A DNA stretch of 63,366 nucleotides, filler included, from Octopus bimaculoides (GCF_001194135.2; 4 parts of 4 records of this genome joined end to end with filler, not necessarily neighbours in it), one strand, 5' to 3'; positions 37,961 to 51,858 are shown, counted from the whole stretch's first letter. The notes: a model not told the origin generated them from the letters alone. Program-made: numbers and translations.

Positions 37961-40749
37961 CCCCCCTTTTTCTCTCTCACTCTCTGATATTTATTGTTTG
38001 TATCACAGAAAGTCTATAACAGATGTTATCTCAGGACAAATTATACCTTGTAGGATCTGAAGTGATGCCTCCAAAGAGGCTTCTCCGAAAATTTTTTTTG
38101 CCAACCCAGTTTCACTTAAAAGACTACGGGGGACTCTCGTTCGAAGAACTCTGACTGTATTCATAAGTAAAAAATTCTTTCAAATTATATCAATGTTATT
38201 TAAGAATCTAATTACTATGAATAAGCTAAGCCATATTGCAAAAACGAAGCAAAACTCTGACCTTATCTGACAGTCCGTGACGTGTTGAAGTGAACAGAAT
38301 CTGAGTAAGTGTTTCGAGGTGGTCCTAGTAATTAAGACCTGTTGCGCTATTTCTGTTTATATAATTTTCATTTAGGGTACCTCAATTTTCTTGATTCTCA
38401 GTTTGGAATAGTGAGATGCTACATTTTCATGGTATTTAGATGAGACTGAAAAATACTTAGAATAGAAAATTTATGTCATCTGAATTTCTAGAGTGGAAAG
38501 TTCTAGAGTTTCATGGAGTCTTCCTGCGAGCAATATTGATTTTATTATTGATACAGGGCCTCCAACTGAAGTTGTCGACAATTATTCCCAAGTCTTATGT
38601 TCACCTTTCACCATATGAGATTTCATCATGAAATAAAGTTCAAATAAACAAAGATGAGAAGGAAAATGTTAAATTCGATTTTAGTGTGATTTGAACTCAT
38701 AACCATTTAAAATTTAGATGCCATAAATCAATCTATACTAGCATGCCACACACTATCTGGACCATTTGATGAGATAAATATAATGGTACAACTAACTGTT
38801 ACTTACATCTCTGTGAGTTTGGGCAATAAATGTACCATTTATTTATGGAATCATCACATGGTGAATGAAATTCCTCTTTTTATTCTACTTCAGCCATTCC
38901 CATTGAATGTCTCATTAATTTTACATTCTCTTCATTTGTTATCACACATTCACTCACTAAAACCTAAACAGGAAATAAATTTAGCAATTGAGCTAAAACA
39001 TTTTAAACTAGAAGCAGACAGAAACCTAATGGGCTGAATTATACGTCACCACCCTAACACAACACATTTCCATTCCACCTCTTGTACTGTCTGTTCGTGA
39101 TAATCATTTTCTCCACCTCACCCATGCACTTTTAGCCATTTTTTTCCATGCTTCAATGGGTTAAAGTTGTAAGTCTGCAAGTCTCTATACAAGTCCTCTC
39201 TACAGCTTTCTTGATCAACTCATCTATTTGCTAGCTACAATCGCATTTACTGCCTCATTTCATATAATTCTCAGCTGTCTATGAATTGCATATTTATTCC
39301 TACCCGTTTGTTAAATGGTACAAAACTTCATACGGAATCTTTTAATTGATTAATTGCATATGTCTAGGATATTAGCACGGTTAGGTTGCTAAACTAGACT
39401 GGCCAATACCGAAATCGAGATAGTTAAAATCAGATGATACATATCAAAATTTATATCCAACTAATAGCTGATTGGAAATTCAAAGTACTACCTTATTATT
39501 CGGCAACAGATTAGGAACGAGAAAAAGCATAATTCAAAAAGATTCATTTCAAAAGTTGGTTGATTCTTCATGCTAATACAAACACAACGTCGATAGCTGG
39601 CACCTGGCCAAATTTAGAAAGAGAAAGTATTGAGTTGGTTGTTTGAATCAATTGTAATATATTACAGGTATATAATTGATCAATGATAGACAAACATACG
39701 AGAAACAAATTCAACGTCTATTGAATTTGAACTTAAAGTGTAAACGAGGAAAATAAATACATCAAGAGATATATTGCAACATTCTATTGTCTGACTACTA
39801 TTTACTCTGGGTTGGTTACCTAGTATTATTCAATATGAAATTTAGTCTCTCCTATTATCCTATTACTTCTAATCATATACGATCTCTCTAATCCTCTCTC
39901 ACTCTCACTCTCTCTCTCTCACATACACATTCCCCCCTCTCTCCATACACACCATGTGTATCTGAGTGTGCGTGCGTTGTGTGTGGCAGATATCCTATTC
40001 ATTTCTAGATAGACGTTAGTTTACCGTCAAACCCGAGAGGCTCGAAAACCTTGCAGAACGAAAAACGAAACCCATCAAAAGAATCGCAGTCGCTTACCAG
40101 GCGGTATTAATGCAAGAATGTTCTTGCTTCACACCATAAGACACGATGGAACTAAAGCTGTGCTTGATCAATCAACAAGGAAATATCAAGAATAATTTCT
40201 GTGGAGATACTATCCTTGATTCCGTTAGAACAACAGAACAAGGCCTACTAGAAATGTCTTCAACTTCCCAACTTCATGACTCATTGTACGATCCTAAAGG
40301 GGGTGGAGAGAGGCGTCACATTATGGACGTCTATGGAACAGCAGCTGCTGCGACTAGCACTACAATGTTTTGGACTGTTCTTTCTTGCTGTGCACACTGT
40401 AGCTCACTGAGAGAGTGCTGCTTGTAACTGAAAAAGCTTTTAACACTCAATTGTTTTGCAGATACTCCTATAAAAACATCAATAAGTCAACCTTTATCGG
40501 ATAGATAGTCACCTGGTTTACCAAGGATCGCATTGACTGTTTGCCGCCCTGTGTAGCAGCAGCGAAACTTTCACTAAAGTGCAACAAATCTAGCCTTTAT
40601 CTGATTCAGTAGAATGTTATAATGTTGCTTCCTACATAAAGGAGCGACTGATCAGACAGACAGACAGGCTTCACTAATGATATAGAAGATGGAAATATTC
40701 AGTTCTTTACAAGACCAGCATGCTAGAAATGGACAAAATTGTGGACATG

Positions 40750-41590
40750 GGTTCGGAAACCAGCAGAGAAATGTTATATGCTTGGTGTTGGCTTTGCCAT
40801 AAAAAATAGCAGTATTATGACCAAATTATATCAAGAATGAATTTGTATTAATGGCCGAATAGTGAGTTATTAAAAGTCCTCATTTGAAAGGGGATTGTGT
40901 AATTTACTTTATCAGTCAACCTTAATCGCGCAAGAAACGTTTTAGAGTATTCTATAAATGGTGACACCATATTTAATATATTTAAGGTGTTTTCAATGCC
41001 CGTGTAGAACAAAGGGCTGTGAGGTGGCCTGGGATTATTGGCAAGCACAGTGTACAGAAAATAAGTTCAAATGGTGAACAACTAATTCTCACATTGTACA
41101 CCTTGTAAGGTCCTTAACACTAGCCCCATCTTCAAAGAAAGGGAAGGACAAGAGAATGACGTGGAGGCATCCACTCAGAATATTGACATTTAGACAATAT
41201 CATAACTATGATGTAGGTACACGATTGCATCATAGTTGAGTAATAGGAGAGAGGTAATGTATATGCTACACTAGTGATGAGAGGGACAAAATTTAACACA
41301 CTCCCCAAATGATTCAATCAAAGGTAGCTTTTAGAGTAATCTCCAAATGGAACAGAGAAGATTGGAGCAGAATGGAGCTTCTGGAAAAAATATGGATGTG
41401 TCTCTGAAATAATGGGGGCACGACAAAATCATGCAGCATGAATGAAAAATTGCCGTCGTTTCGCATCGCAACGTATTGCACAGCTTAAACTGTGTTTGTT
41501 AAACTAGCAAGGAAACATCAAGAACGGTTTACTTACGAAGACATCACACTTATTTCACTGTAGGAGAAACGGCACCAAGTTTACCAGAAA
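40750..41590 (+). mobile_element. RTE-clade (BovB-like) LINE, apurinic endonuclease region relic
   Basis: W..KPAE..GVGFAIKNS, INGRI, GVFNARVEQ..WPGIIGKHSVQKISSNGEQL, TWRHP, LDNII and ARKHQERF, matching RTE APE motifs GVGFAI, GDFNARVG, W.G.IGKHG..NSNG, TW.HP, LDYI, RKHQDWF. A possible N-terminal piece (DTILDSVRTTEQGLLE) lies at about 40140-40270. Confidence 0.85.
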
Positions 41591-42594
41591 TCTTTCCAGT
41601 CTCCCCAAACTCGATTAAGTTCTGGTTAATTCCGAAAAGTCAACGGTCGACTACAGCTCTATATCTGCATGATGATACTGGAGTTGTGTGAAAACGAAGT
41701 GACAAGGATGAACAGCAGCTGACTCCAATGAGCACAACTAACATATTGTGTAGCTGTCGCGCGCCTTCGTCGGAAGTGGGGTGGAGCGCCTTCCAACATT
41801 ATTTCAGGTTAAAAAAAAAAGGACATATATAAAATCGCCAGAAATAATTTCAGGAATTGCTCAACATACCAGAACACGTCGAGCGGGAAGCTTTGGAAAC
41901 ATACAGCTTATATTATATACCAATAGGTGATCCACGAACTATAAAGGTGTTACTCATAATCGTATTAGTCTAAGATAGAACAGTAATAGAAGAGGACAAA
42001 ACTTCAGCAGAAATGTGGATAAAATAGAGGTGATAAATATATGTGATGTCGCACTGCAAAAGTGTTCCACTATTCTTAGATGGAAATGTCATCTCAGATA
42101 TTCCGATATTATGTTTTTCTGCATTAGCAGGAGAGTGCATGGACAACATTCGGAACCATGAAAATAGCGTAGGATGGGTTACGTTTCCAAGTGAGAAGAA
42201 TCACTCCAACATCATCAGGGCAGGTCTTCATGAAAAGGGTAAGGTAATTTGGTTCTCGAGAGGAATAAACTAGGAGTTAGACTCTAGTAGTTGTTCTCAA
42301 CCACTTTTTACCTATGGACCCCTTAGATTCCTATTTTATTCTGCTGGACTTCCATAGCCATTCACTGATATAATAAAAAAAACCTTACTGTATTTTTATA
42401 ATTAAATATTATTTGGAATTGTATAAAAGATTTTAAATATTTTGTGTATTGTAGAAGTACAATCAATTTATTGCACAGGAATTTAAACAATAGTATCTTA
42501 TATGGACTCTGGTTGAGGACAGCTGGGATAGAGGAAGGAGGTGCTGAAAGAAGGAAAAAGAAAGAATCAAATTAAAAATAAAATAAAAAATTAA

Positions 42595-42636
<42 letters not shown>

Positions 42637-43029
42637 GAGGGTATCATTGAAGAGGGGATAGAGAAGCAAGAGAGTATCTATAAATAATTTGTAGGCAGGA
42701 TTTTTCATTCCCCATGTGATATGGTATTGTATAGTGAAATGGAATAATCCTTAGAGCATAGGATAGAATGCTTCCTGGCATTTACTTTGGTTCTTTATAT
42801 TCCGGTTTCAAGTCAATTTTGTCTTTCATCCTTTTGGAATCAATGAAGTACTACTTTAAGGCAATGGACTGGAGCAGTTGTTAGAGAAGCAGGCAGGGTG
42901 CATAGAGAAGGAAGGATATGCTATAAAAGATGGGGTGTGAATGACAAAATTGTCAAGATAGTTAGTTTCTGTTCCTGAGCGTGGGCTCAGATATTTAACA
43001 TGTTTGGGGTTAGAGCCATACGAGTTAAG

Positions 43030-43222
43030 GATATTCTTTTCTACTCTAGGCACAAGGTCCGAAATTTTTGGGGAGGTGGGGCAGTCGATTATATCGACCC
43101 CAGTACTTAATTTATCGACCCGAAAGAATGAAAGGCAAAATCGACCTCGGCGGAATTTGAACTCAGAATGTAACGGCAGACGAAATGCCGCTAAGCATTT
43201 CGCCCGGCGTGCTAACGTTTCT
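43030..43222 (-). mobile_element. SINE family A, young CpG-intact copy
   Basis: TCGACCTCGGCGGAATTTGAACTCAGAATGTAACGGCAGACGAAATGCCGCTAAGCATTTCGCCCGGCGTGCTAACGTTTCTGCCAGCTCACCGCC. Confidence 0.93.
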
Positions 43223-43927
43223 GCCAGCTCACCGCCTTCTACGAGATAAGAATATGCTTGAACATGCACACCGTGAATGTACTAATTTGCAAACAAGAAG
43301 CCTATGTTTGGATTTAGCTGACCGAATTAAATTAATACATTATTTTGAAATACCATTTTTTTTTCTTTTTGTTGGTCACTACTACAAGTGTGTATGTGGG
43401 TGCGATTCTTAGTTTACCCATTTTACCAGTTTAGCGTTATCTCATGTTGACCTATACACTGAATTGAAAATTTTCAGTCAACTGAAATTGCCCACGCAAT
43501 TAGTAAACAGAAACCTCAAAGACTTTTTTTTTTTAAATATAAAACTTAAACCTAAAACAAAGGAGTTAACTCTAAGGCAATGCAAATAAGGGTAGAGCTT
43601 GTCTTTAAAGATAACTTATGAAAACAATAGACACGTTTCGGTCGTTTTTAGACCTCCTCAATCTGAAGTGTAGTTGACTCTCATCAGTTGGCAAGCCCTC
43701 GGTGTGATCACCACGTATATAGATAGATCGTATATAGTGATACTAATTATAAATATTAACAATACGACTGAGAACAAGTATCTCAAGGGAACCTTTTGCT
43801 TACTGGATAGACAGCCGTGACCACTCTCTCCCTAACCATGCACAGAATTTTCCTCTTTCCTAATACGGAGAACTTTGGAAAATGAAATGGAACATACTTA
43901 CATAAAAGATACAAATATACATACGAA

Positions 43928-43988
<61 letters not shown>

Positions 43989-44479
43989 TTATGTACATAA
44001 GTACATACATAGGTAATGTTGCAAACAAATATCGAATTTTGTTTATCTTTATAAGTCTAGATTACGTGCTGTCTCGGAAGCTGTCACGTCAGTCACAATT
44101 GTTGTTGATGTTAAATTTATGGACAACAGTTGAGCCATCAGTGTCGCTGCCTCAAATATAAGCTCACAGACTGTTTTGACTTGTTCAGATCAGTTAGCAA
44201 TATGTTCTGCCTCGGGCTTGATGGATACCGACTTGGATAGAAGGCAGTCAGCTTGTATCATTAACTTTATCGTGTCTCATACAAATAGCTTCTTGAAATG
44301 ATAGACGGGGGAGGGAAACAGGTTTTTATTGTAGTTTTTAGATATATTTTCCAATGAAAGTTGCTCTTTAAAGAATTATAAAAGATGTCTAAAAGTAAAT
44401 GACTTAACTTTTCTGGCAACGCATTTCGTTTATCTTGTCTTTTATTTTATACTATTATATCATTACATTATTTTACTTC

Positions 44480-44680
44480 AGTTTTTTTTAGCGGCCATGC
44501 TGGGGCACTGCCTTGAAGGTTTTCAGTCGAACAGATCGACCCCAGTACTTATTCTTTTTTAAGGCAGGAACTCATTCTATCGGTGTCTTTTTGCCGAATC
44601 GCTAAGCTACAGAGACATAGACAAGTCAGCAACAATTATCAAGCAATTGTGGGGGACAAACACAGCACACACACACACAT
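44480..44680 (-). mobile_element. CORE-like SINE (family C) 3' half
   Basis: GCGGCCATGCTGGGGCACTGCC..AGTCGAACAGATCGACCCCAGTAC..TTTGCCGAATCGCTAAG. Confidence 0.8.
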
Positions 44681-44767
44681 GAGTATACACACACACACAA
44701 GTACACGCCTATGGATATATATGTGCTAACCAGTCTGGCAGCTGCCGCCTTAACAACATCAATAATA

Positions 44768-44968
44768 ATGGCTCTAACTTTTGGCACAAGGTTAGAAATA
44801 TCGTGGAAAGGAGATAAGTCGATTAGATCGACCCCAGCGCTCCCAGCTTTATCGACCCCGAAATAATGAAAAGAAAAGTCGTACTCAGCGGAATTTGAAC
44901 CCAGAACGTAAAACCGGAAGAAATACCGCGAAATATTTTGTCTGACGTGCTAACGATTCTGCCAGTTT
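44768..44968 (-). mobile_element. SINE family A
   Basis: TTTGGCACAAGG..AGTCGATTAGATCGACCCCAG..ATCGACCCCGAAA..GCGGAATTTGAACCCAGAACG..CTGCCAG. Confidence 0.85.
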
Positions 44969-45072
44969 ATCACATTGATAATAACAATAGCTTTCGATGT
45001 AATCGACCGGCCCATTCACCCGAAATTTGTGCATATGTAGAAATGATTATGGTTATTATTATATTGGTATTT

Positions 45073-45278
45073 AAGACGGCGAGCAGGTTGAGCCGTCAAA
45101 ACTCCGGGCGAAAATGCTTAGTGGTATTTCGTCTGCCATAACGTTCTGACGTCGACTTTTTCTTTCAATCCTTTCGGGGTCGATAAATTAAGTACCAGCG
45201 AATAACTGGGGTCGATGTAATCGACTAGTCCCCTCCCTCCACATTACAGGCCTTGTGCCTTTAGTAGAAAGGATTATT
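45073..45278 (+). mobile_element. SINE family A, head-to-head with the preceding copy
   Basis: AAGACGGCGAGCAGG..CCTTTCGGGGTCGATAAATTAAGTACCAG..GGGGTCGATGTAATCGACT..GGCCTTGTGCCTTTAGTAGAAAGG. Confidence 0.88.
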
Positions 45279-46894
45279 ATTTTGGTATTATATTTTGGCA
45301 CAAGGCAAGGAACTTTTAGGAGTGGGTTAAGGTGATTACGCTGAAAGATTTTGTTTCTCGTGTTTTAGCGCACGGGCCTTAGTTCTGACAACGCAGTTTA
45401 CAAGCGTCACGTTCAAAAGATTATCAATGGTCAAGCACACCGGTAATATGTCAGTTGTTTTGCCCTTGTTAATTGCCACTTCTTGATTGCTAAATAGCTC
45501 GCCATTTCAATCTGTTTCCTCTTTGTTGTTAGCTCTTTTGCTAAATGTAATTGCTTCTGAGATAACTGCTTTCTTCAGACTGCCCTACCAAAATTTGGTG
45601 ATGGTAGCACTCATCAACTGGATTATTGCATTAATTCAATAATCTAGTTCCTGTCGTCTTTCTTTGCCGGTCAGGACACGTTCATCTTACAGTAATTGGG
45701 TTCCTGTCTGTGAATCCTATCTAAATGAACCGAGATCACACATTCGTGGTCTGTCGAATCGACCGGTTCCAAATGTGGAATTCGTAAACTAGCCTTATCA
45801 GTCCCTGAATACAATATTAATGATCTGCTGTGGTTTCTCCATGTTGATATTAACACATCCCGGGAATTCAGTCGCTGTCTGTCAGACTAGTGAAATCCGA
45901 GCAGGTAACGCATGTATGGCATCTATGTTTTCTAGTTTCTACTGCTACCGATTGCTACAACCTACTTGAAAGTATAATGTAAGCAACTATTTTTTCGATG
46001 TTTTCAGGTTGTGTCTGTAGGGACATCTCCATACCTATAGCTGACTATCTGCTGCCACAGTGAATGTTTCTATGTGGCGGATACTCTTCCTATATTCTTT
46101 ATCATTTAGTATGGCGCTTATCAAGCACCATCAATCTATTTCAGGTGGAATGTCTTCCTCATTCATCTTCACCGGTTTTTTCTCCAGTTTGGGAGGATTT
46201 AGTAAAACCTTCCTTATCCCCTAGAGGGGTGACGGATTGAGTTCATATCTCTTTTTCAGAGTCAAACCTCACTAGATGTGATGTTTACTTGTCACGAAAT
46301 GCCTGCTATGAACGGTGAAAGTGTTCTAACTCCATAAGCCCGTCTATGGGCTAAGTTCACAACAGACCAATTTTTCGTGTTGATGCATCTGTAACTTACT
46401 GCATTTCTGTTAGCAAAAACATATCTGCACGTTGGCGGTCTCGACTTAAAATATTACGGATCTCATCCCAAGTGATTCTCTGTTTACTGTTATAACCGAA
46501 ATATTTGAGGCGGATTTGCTCTATATAATAGAGATTGTTATTGTTGTTGGGTCAGTTCGGGTTTGTCAGCGCTGATTGCCGTTGAAACAATTAAAGCAAA
46601 GGTGATGGTGGTGGTGCTGGTGGTGTTGATGGTGATGGTATTAGCGGTGGCGGTGGTAATGGAGAAGCAATCCATACATGTTTCTGATAATCTGCAACTG
46701 ATGTATTTATTTCGGCTCTTTGTGTTCTAAGTTTATATTTTCGCCGAGATCTTCGTTCGGTCTACTAAGTACTGAGCGTCGTCGATAAATAGTCGGTTAA
46801 ATACTGGAGTTGATGCAGTCGACTGCATTCCCTCTTCTCACAAAATTATTTTCATTTCAAACATTTTCAGTCACTAGTTTCACTTTGATAAATA

Positions 46895-46992
<98 letters not shown>

Positions 46993-47128
46993 CTGCTGCC
47001 ACTACTACTACTACTACTACTACTACAAATAATAATAGTAATAACATCAATACTGCTGCTACTGCTGCTATTACTACGTGCAGCAGCAGCAGTAGCAGCA
47101 GTAGTAGTAGTAGTAGTAGTAGTAGTAG
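46895..47128. repeat. Compound trinucleotide array that switches polarity, (CTA/CTG)n to (CAG/TAG)n
   Basis: Direct reading; perfect 19-nt inverted repeat 47051-47069 / 47085-47103. Confidence 0.9.
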
Positions 47129-48905
47129 CCGAAGGAAAAAAACCGAGGGTTAGACAGAGCTAGTGAAACTACCATAGACAATTTCTTCCAAATTGTTGCT
47201 GACTTATATAAGTTGTGAAAATTGAATAAAAGTAAAACTTGAAAGAGATGGATGTTAAGCATTATTAAGTATTTGTCTCTGAGGAACCGATGCTGCTTTA
47301 AACAGCATCACTTAACGTTGTTCTGAGATTTCAGATAAATTCTCTGTTATCACATCGTTTCTCCCATTCGCTGATGAAGTAGTTAATTTGCCGAAGGAGA
47401 TGAAGGATAAATTGAATTGTGACTTGCCAGACTTTGAGGGTATTCTTAAAATTTCGTGGGGGAAAAAGTCAGAGGAAGAAGTCTGGTTTTATTAAGTATG
47501 AATATAATAGCATAGAAAAATAAATAAGAATAGAAATTTATGGTACTTCATAAAATCTGAAGGTCACTAGCGATGGAGAAAAAAGCAGGCAGTGAAGTGT
47601 TTACGAAAACTAAACTTAAGAAAAATAATTCAGTAAAGATGAAAGATTGAGCAAAAATTAAAAGGAGGATGTAAGTGTATCAGAATGCGAGAAAACTTTG
47701 AAGTGCTACTTGGTTAAAGCTAACTGATTCACTTCTGCAATGGCGTATGTTGATTTAGTAACGATTTGGTTACATCCATTTATGTTTCTATTTAGTGCAA
47801 AATATCTTCATCTGACTAACTTAATACTGTATTTGTAGAACTGTTGACTATTTATCACCTTGTTTATTCGTCGAGTGCTGGAAAACAAGTGTTAAGGTCA
47901 CAGATAAGGAATTTTCTCGTCACCCATACTGTTTATCCCTGGGCACCAGTCAGAGCATTAACCATTGTAACACTTCTTCTCCAAAATGTCAATCCTCTCG
48001 AATTCTTTTCCTGACCATGCTTTTCCTGAAGTCGTTAAATTGCAACAATCCAAGAGAAATATTGGTTTCAAATTTTGGTACAAGGCCACCAGTTTGGGTG
48101 GCAGGGGTTAAGTCAATTACATCATATGCAGTGATTTGTAATAAATTCTGTTTAATTCATCTTCACGTATTAAAATTTATTTGTTTATGCTCTAAGGATA
48201 TGCGCGGATTTCCACATGTTTATCCTTTAAAAGGTTGATAACATTTGGTAGCCGATTCCCAGAGAGGATCTTTGGAAAGCTTACTATTAAATTATTACTT
48301 AGATTATCTTAACAAACGTGTGCGCGCAAAAATACGTACAAACACACACACACGAGCTCGAAATTCTCGGGCCTTGGTTCATTTCTGTAACTTTCTACCA
48401 GAGATATAACATAAGGAAACAATGTAAATATTTTGATTTCTATTATTGATTTAAATTTGTTAAAAAAATGGTTTATCCTTTATGTTTGAAGTCTATGCGG
48501 TCATCTGACGAGAGAGGTTTCTTTCAAATTAATGTAATGTTTTTATTAATCAATTAAATGGAGCCGCTTGAAACAGCCGTAATGAATTAATACCCGTACA
48601 TCTTTGTTACTTATTTATATTCTGTTCACCTAACTTGGAATCTACACTTCGGAAATACTATAGGAAGTACCTTTATAAAAAATACATTTCTGAATTACCA
48701 AGAGCGGATATCTTCACTTAGCTGGGTTGCGTTGTCTGCACACACGTCAGAATATTAGGTACAAACACCCCTACACGGAGCCTTGATATTCAATATTTAC
48801 ATAATATTGTTGGGGTGTGCGGACTATACCGAACTAGCAAGGTGACTTTATTTAAGTACCTATTCAACTGAATCTTAATTATATTATATTATATTATATT
48901 ATATC

Positions 48906-48938
<33 letters not shown>

Positions 48939-49101
48939 CGTATGTATGTATGTATGTATGTATATATGTATGTATATATGTATGTATATATGTATGTATA
49001 TATGTATATATATGTATATGTGTATATATATGTATATGTATATATATATATACATGTATATATACATGTGTGTGCTATATATATGTGTGTGTACATATAT
49101 A

Positions 49102-49330
49102 CAGGGTGGCCAAAAAGTAAGATTGCAGTTATCACGTAGGCACTTTAAAATTCTTTTAAAACATTTTATTCCTTTTAAATTTCTATCTTACAAACAGAAA
49201 AGGGTGCTTGACAAAATTAGCTAAATTAGCATAGAATAATGGTTTCATATCTTTTTATAATTAAATTCTGAACTGTTAACATGCGAAAGCGATAGTTAAA
49301 TAACTGTTAACCTACTTTTGGGTCATCCTG
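49102..49330. mobile_element. Tc1/mariner-type MITE (229 nt)
   Basis: TIRs CAGGGTGGCCAAAAAGTAAG and reverse-complement CAGGATGACCCAAAAGTAGG (16/20), left TA flank, AT-rich non-coding interior. Confidence 0.7.
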
Positions 49331-49349
49331 TTTATATATACTCTTTACT

Positions 49350-49570
49350 CTGTAGTCTTTTACTCTTTTATTTGTTTCAATCATTTTGACTGCGGCCATG
49401 CTGGAGCACCGCCTTTAGTCGAGCAAATCGACCCTAGGACTTATTCTTTGGAAGCCTAGTACTTATTCTATCCGTCTTTTTGCCGAACCGTTAAGTTACG
49501 GGGACGTAAACACACCAGCATCGTTTGTCAAGCGATGCTGGGGGGACAAACACAGACACACAAACATATA
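49350..49570 (-). mobile_element. CORE-like SINE (family C) 3' half, well preserved
   Basis: GACTGCGGCCATGCTGGAGCACCGCCTTTAGTCGAGCAAATCGACCCTAGGACTTATTCTT..GGGGACGTAAACACACCAGCATCG. Confidence 0.92.
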
Positions 49571-49577
49571 CACACAT

Positions 49578-49617
<40 letters not shown>

Positions 49618-50129
49618 GTACAAACATACATACTCAGTGTGAAAGAGATCCATACATTGGTATATATCCATACACACGTACAATACTTGTGTGTGGAGAG
49701 AGAGAGAGAGAGAGAAAGTGAGAGAGAGGTGGGGGAAGAGGAAGTAAAGAAAAGAAAGAAAATGAATATGCTCGATCAGTTGTTTGCTATCGACCCGTAG
49801 ACTGATTACCACGGTGCTTATTATACGTATCTACGAACATGTTGCATTAGAGACATCAGTGTAGCCACAATCAGTTGCTTGCTGTAATATCATACTTTCA
49901 TACAAATGTACAGTTATCTTCTGAATAACGTAGCGTATATATTAATGCTGTGCGTTATTTTCTATTTGGATATTTGGAAGCCTTAAGTTAGATCATATCA
50001 CTATTCAGCCATATTTGTATAAATTATACAACACCTGGCACTATTGAATATTTTAACTGTGATAACGTGAATATAGAAGCAAGTTATTTTACATAATCAT
50101 GCCATTCCCTCAGCTAATCATACAATCGT

Positions 50130-50530
50130 CATCATCGTCATCATCATTGTCATCATCATCATTATTAGCATCACATCGTCGCCATTAATATTATTATTGT
50201 TGTTTTGCTGTTGTTGTTTTGTTGTTGTTGTTGTTGTTGTGCTCGTGTTCCAAGATTCAATCGTTATCTTTTGCGTCATCATCTTAAGAACATCTTCCTT
50301 GATGCCGTTGTCAATTTCATCCTCGTTTCCATCACTTTCGTCATCGTCATCCTCATCATCATCATCATCATCATCATCATCCCATCATCATCATCGTCGT
50401 TGTCATCAGCAGCAGCAGCAGCAGCAGCAGCAGCGGTATTAGCATCGTCGTCAGTATTCTCAACATCACCCTCGTTGTTAGTATCCTCCTCCTCCTCCTC
50501 CACCTCCTCCTCCTCCTCCTCCTCCTCCTC
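50130..50530 (+). repeat. Compound trinucleotide array (CAT/TTG/CAG/CCT)n
   Basis: Direct reading; ends at a scaffold-join gap. Confidence 0.9.
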
Positions 50531-50574
50531 NNNNNNNNNNNNNNNNNNNNNNNNNNNNNNNNNNNNNNNNNNNN

Positions 50575-50586
50575 TTAATTAATTAA
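50575..50586. other. Assembly spacer TTAATTAATTAA (artificial scaffold join)
   Basis: N44 on both sides. Confidence 0.95.
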
Positions 50587-50906
50587 NNNNNNNNNNNNNN
50601 NNNNNNNNNNNNNNNNNNNNNNNNNNNNNNGTTTCGAGGCAGGGAGAAAGTGACAGAGAAGTATATATACAAACATCTATATGGATGAACGTATATATAC
50701 ATTTCAATATATGTATGTATGCTTGTATGTATATCTGTTTGTATTATGTGTGTATGTATGTACGTATGTATGTGTGTGTGTGTGTACACATTTGATGTTA
50801 GATTTTAATTCATTGAAATTGATTGGGTTTGCAATTATATTATACGTGTTTTTAGTGTGTATACATACATAAGTATACGAATATCTGTATATAAAGAAAG
50901 GGATAC

Positions 50907-50949
<43 letters not shown>

Positions 50950-51791
50950 TATGTTTATTTATATATTTGTATATATATGTATATATGTGTATATATATAT
51001 ATACATACAAATATATATGAATATATACAAATATGTATGTATATATGTATAAATATATATATANNNNNNNNNNNNNNNNNNNNNNNNNNNNNNNNNNNNN
51101 NNNNNNNNNNNNNNNNNNNNNNNNNNNNNNNNNNNNNNNNNNNNNNNNNNNNNNNNNNNNNNNNNNNNNNNNNNNNNNNNNNNNNNNNNNNNNNNNNNNN
51201 NNNNNNNNNNNNNNNNNNNNNNNNNNNNNNNNNNNNNNNNNNNNNNNNNNNNNNNNNNNNNNNNNNNNNNNNNNNNNNNNNNNNNNNNNNNNNNNNNNNN
51301 NNNNNNNNNNNNNNNNNNNNNNNNNNNNNNNNNNNNNNNNNNNNNNNNNNNNNNNNNNNNNNNNNNNNNNNNNNNNNNNNNNNNNNNNNNNNNNNNNNNN
51401 NNNNNNNNNNNNNNNNNNNNNNNNNNNNNNNNNNNNNATATATATACATATATAAATGTATATATATATATATATGTGTGTATATTTATATACATATATA
51501 TACATACATATATGCATATATATGTACGTATGTTCGTATTTGTTTTGAGTTTTATTTCATTTGAACTTGATTGGACTCTGATCTCTCCTCTTGAAATCAA
51601 TCGATTTCCAATTTGATGATCACTAACATCATATATCTTCATAAAGTCAATCTTTGCTGAAAAGCAATTAAAAACCTCCTAGAAATAAAAAAAAAGAACT
51701 AAAAACTAAAAAGAAAAAAAAGTACACAAGGACAACAACACAAAAAAATCACAGCAAACAAACTAACAAGTAAAAATCTAAAACAAAATAC

Positions 51792-51858
51792 TTAAAGCAA
51801 AGCAGAACCGAAAATAAACACAAACAAACGAAGTTACGTCAAACCGGGCGGCCATTTT
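51792..51858 (-). promoter_or_regulatory. Possible start region / first exon with YY1-like AAAATGGCCGC and CRE-like TGACGTAA
   Basis: Minus strand GGAAAATGGCCGCCCGGTTTGACGTAAC; ATG at 51855 opens MAARFDVTSFVCVYFRFCFAL up to a weak donor A|GTATTT at 51791. Confidence 0.2.

Noticed and set aside
38440-38640. CR1 RT SGVPQG-like region
   Set aside because: The translation GVFLRAILIFII is too distant from the motif.
45500-46400. GC-balanced block possibly from an L1/Tx1 C-terminus (minus strand)
   Set aside because: Only vague echoes (HALP, FPGC); zinc-finger residues not recoverable.
50130-50530. Poly-Q/poly-S/poly-A homopeptide ORFs (also 35219-35566, 46810-47163, 55410-55973)
   Set aside because: Translations of compound trinucleotide microsatellites with no splice signals or flanking coding sequence.
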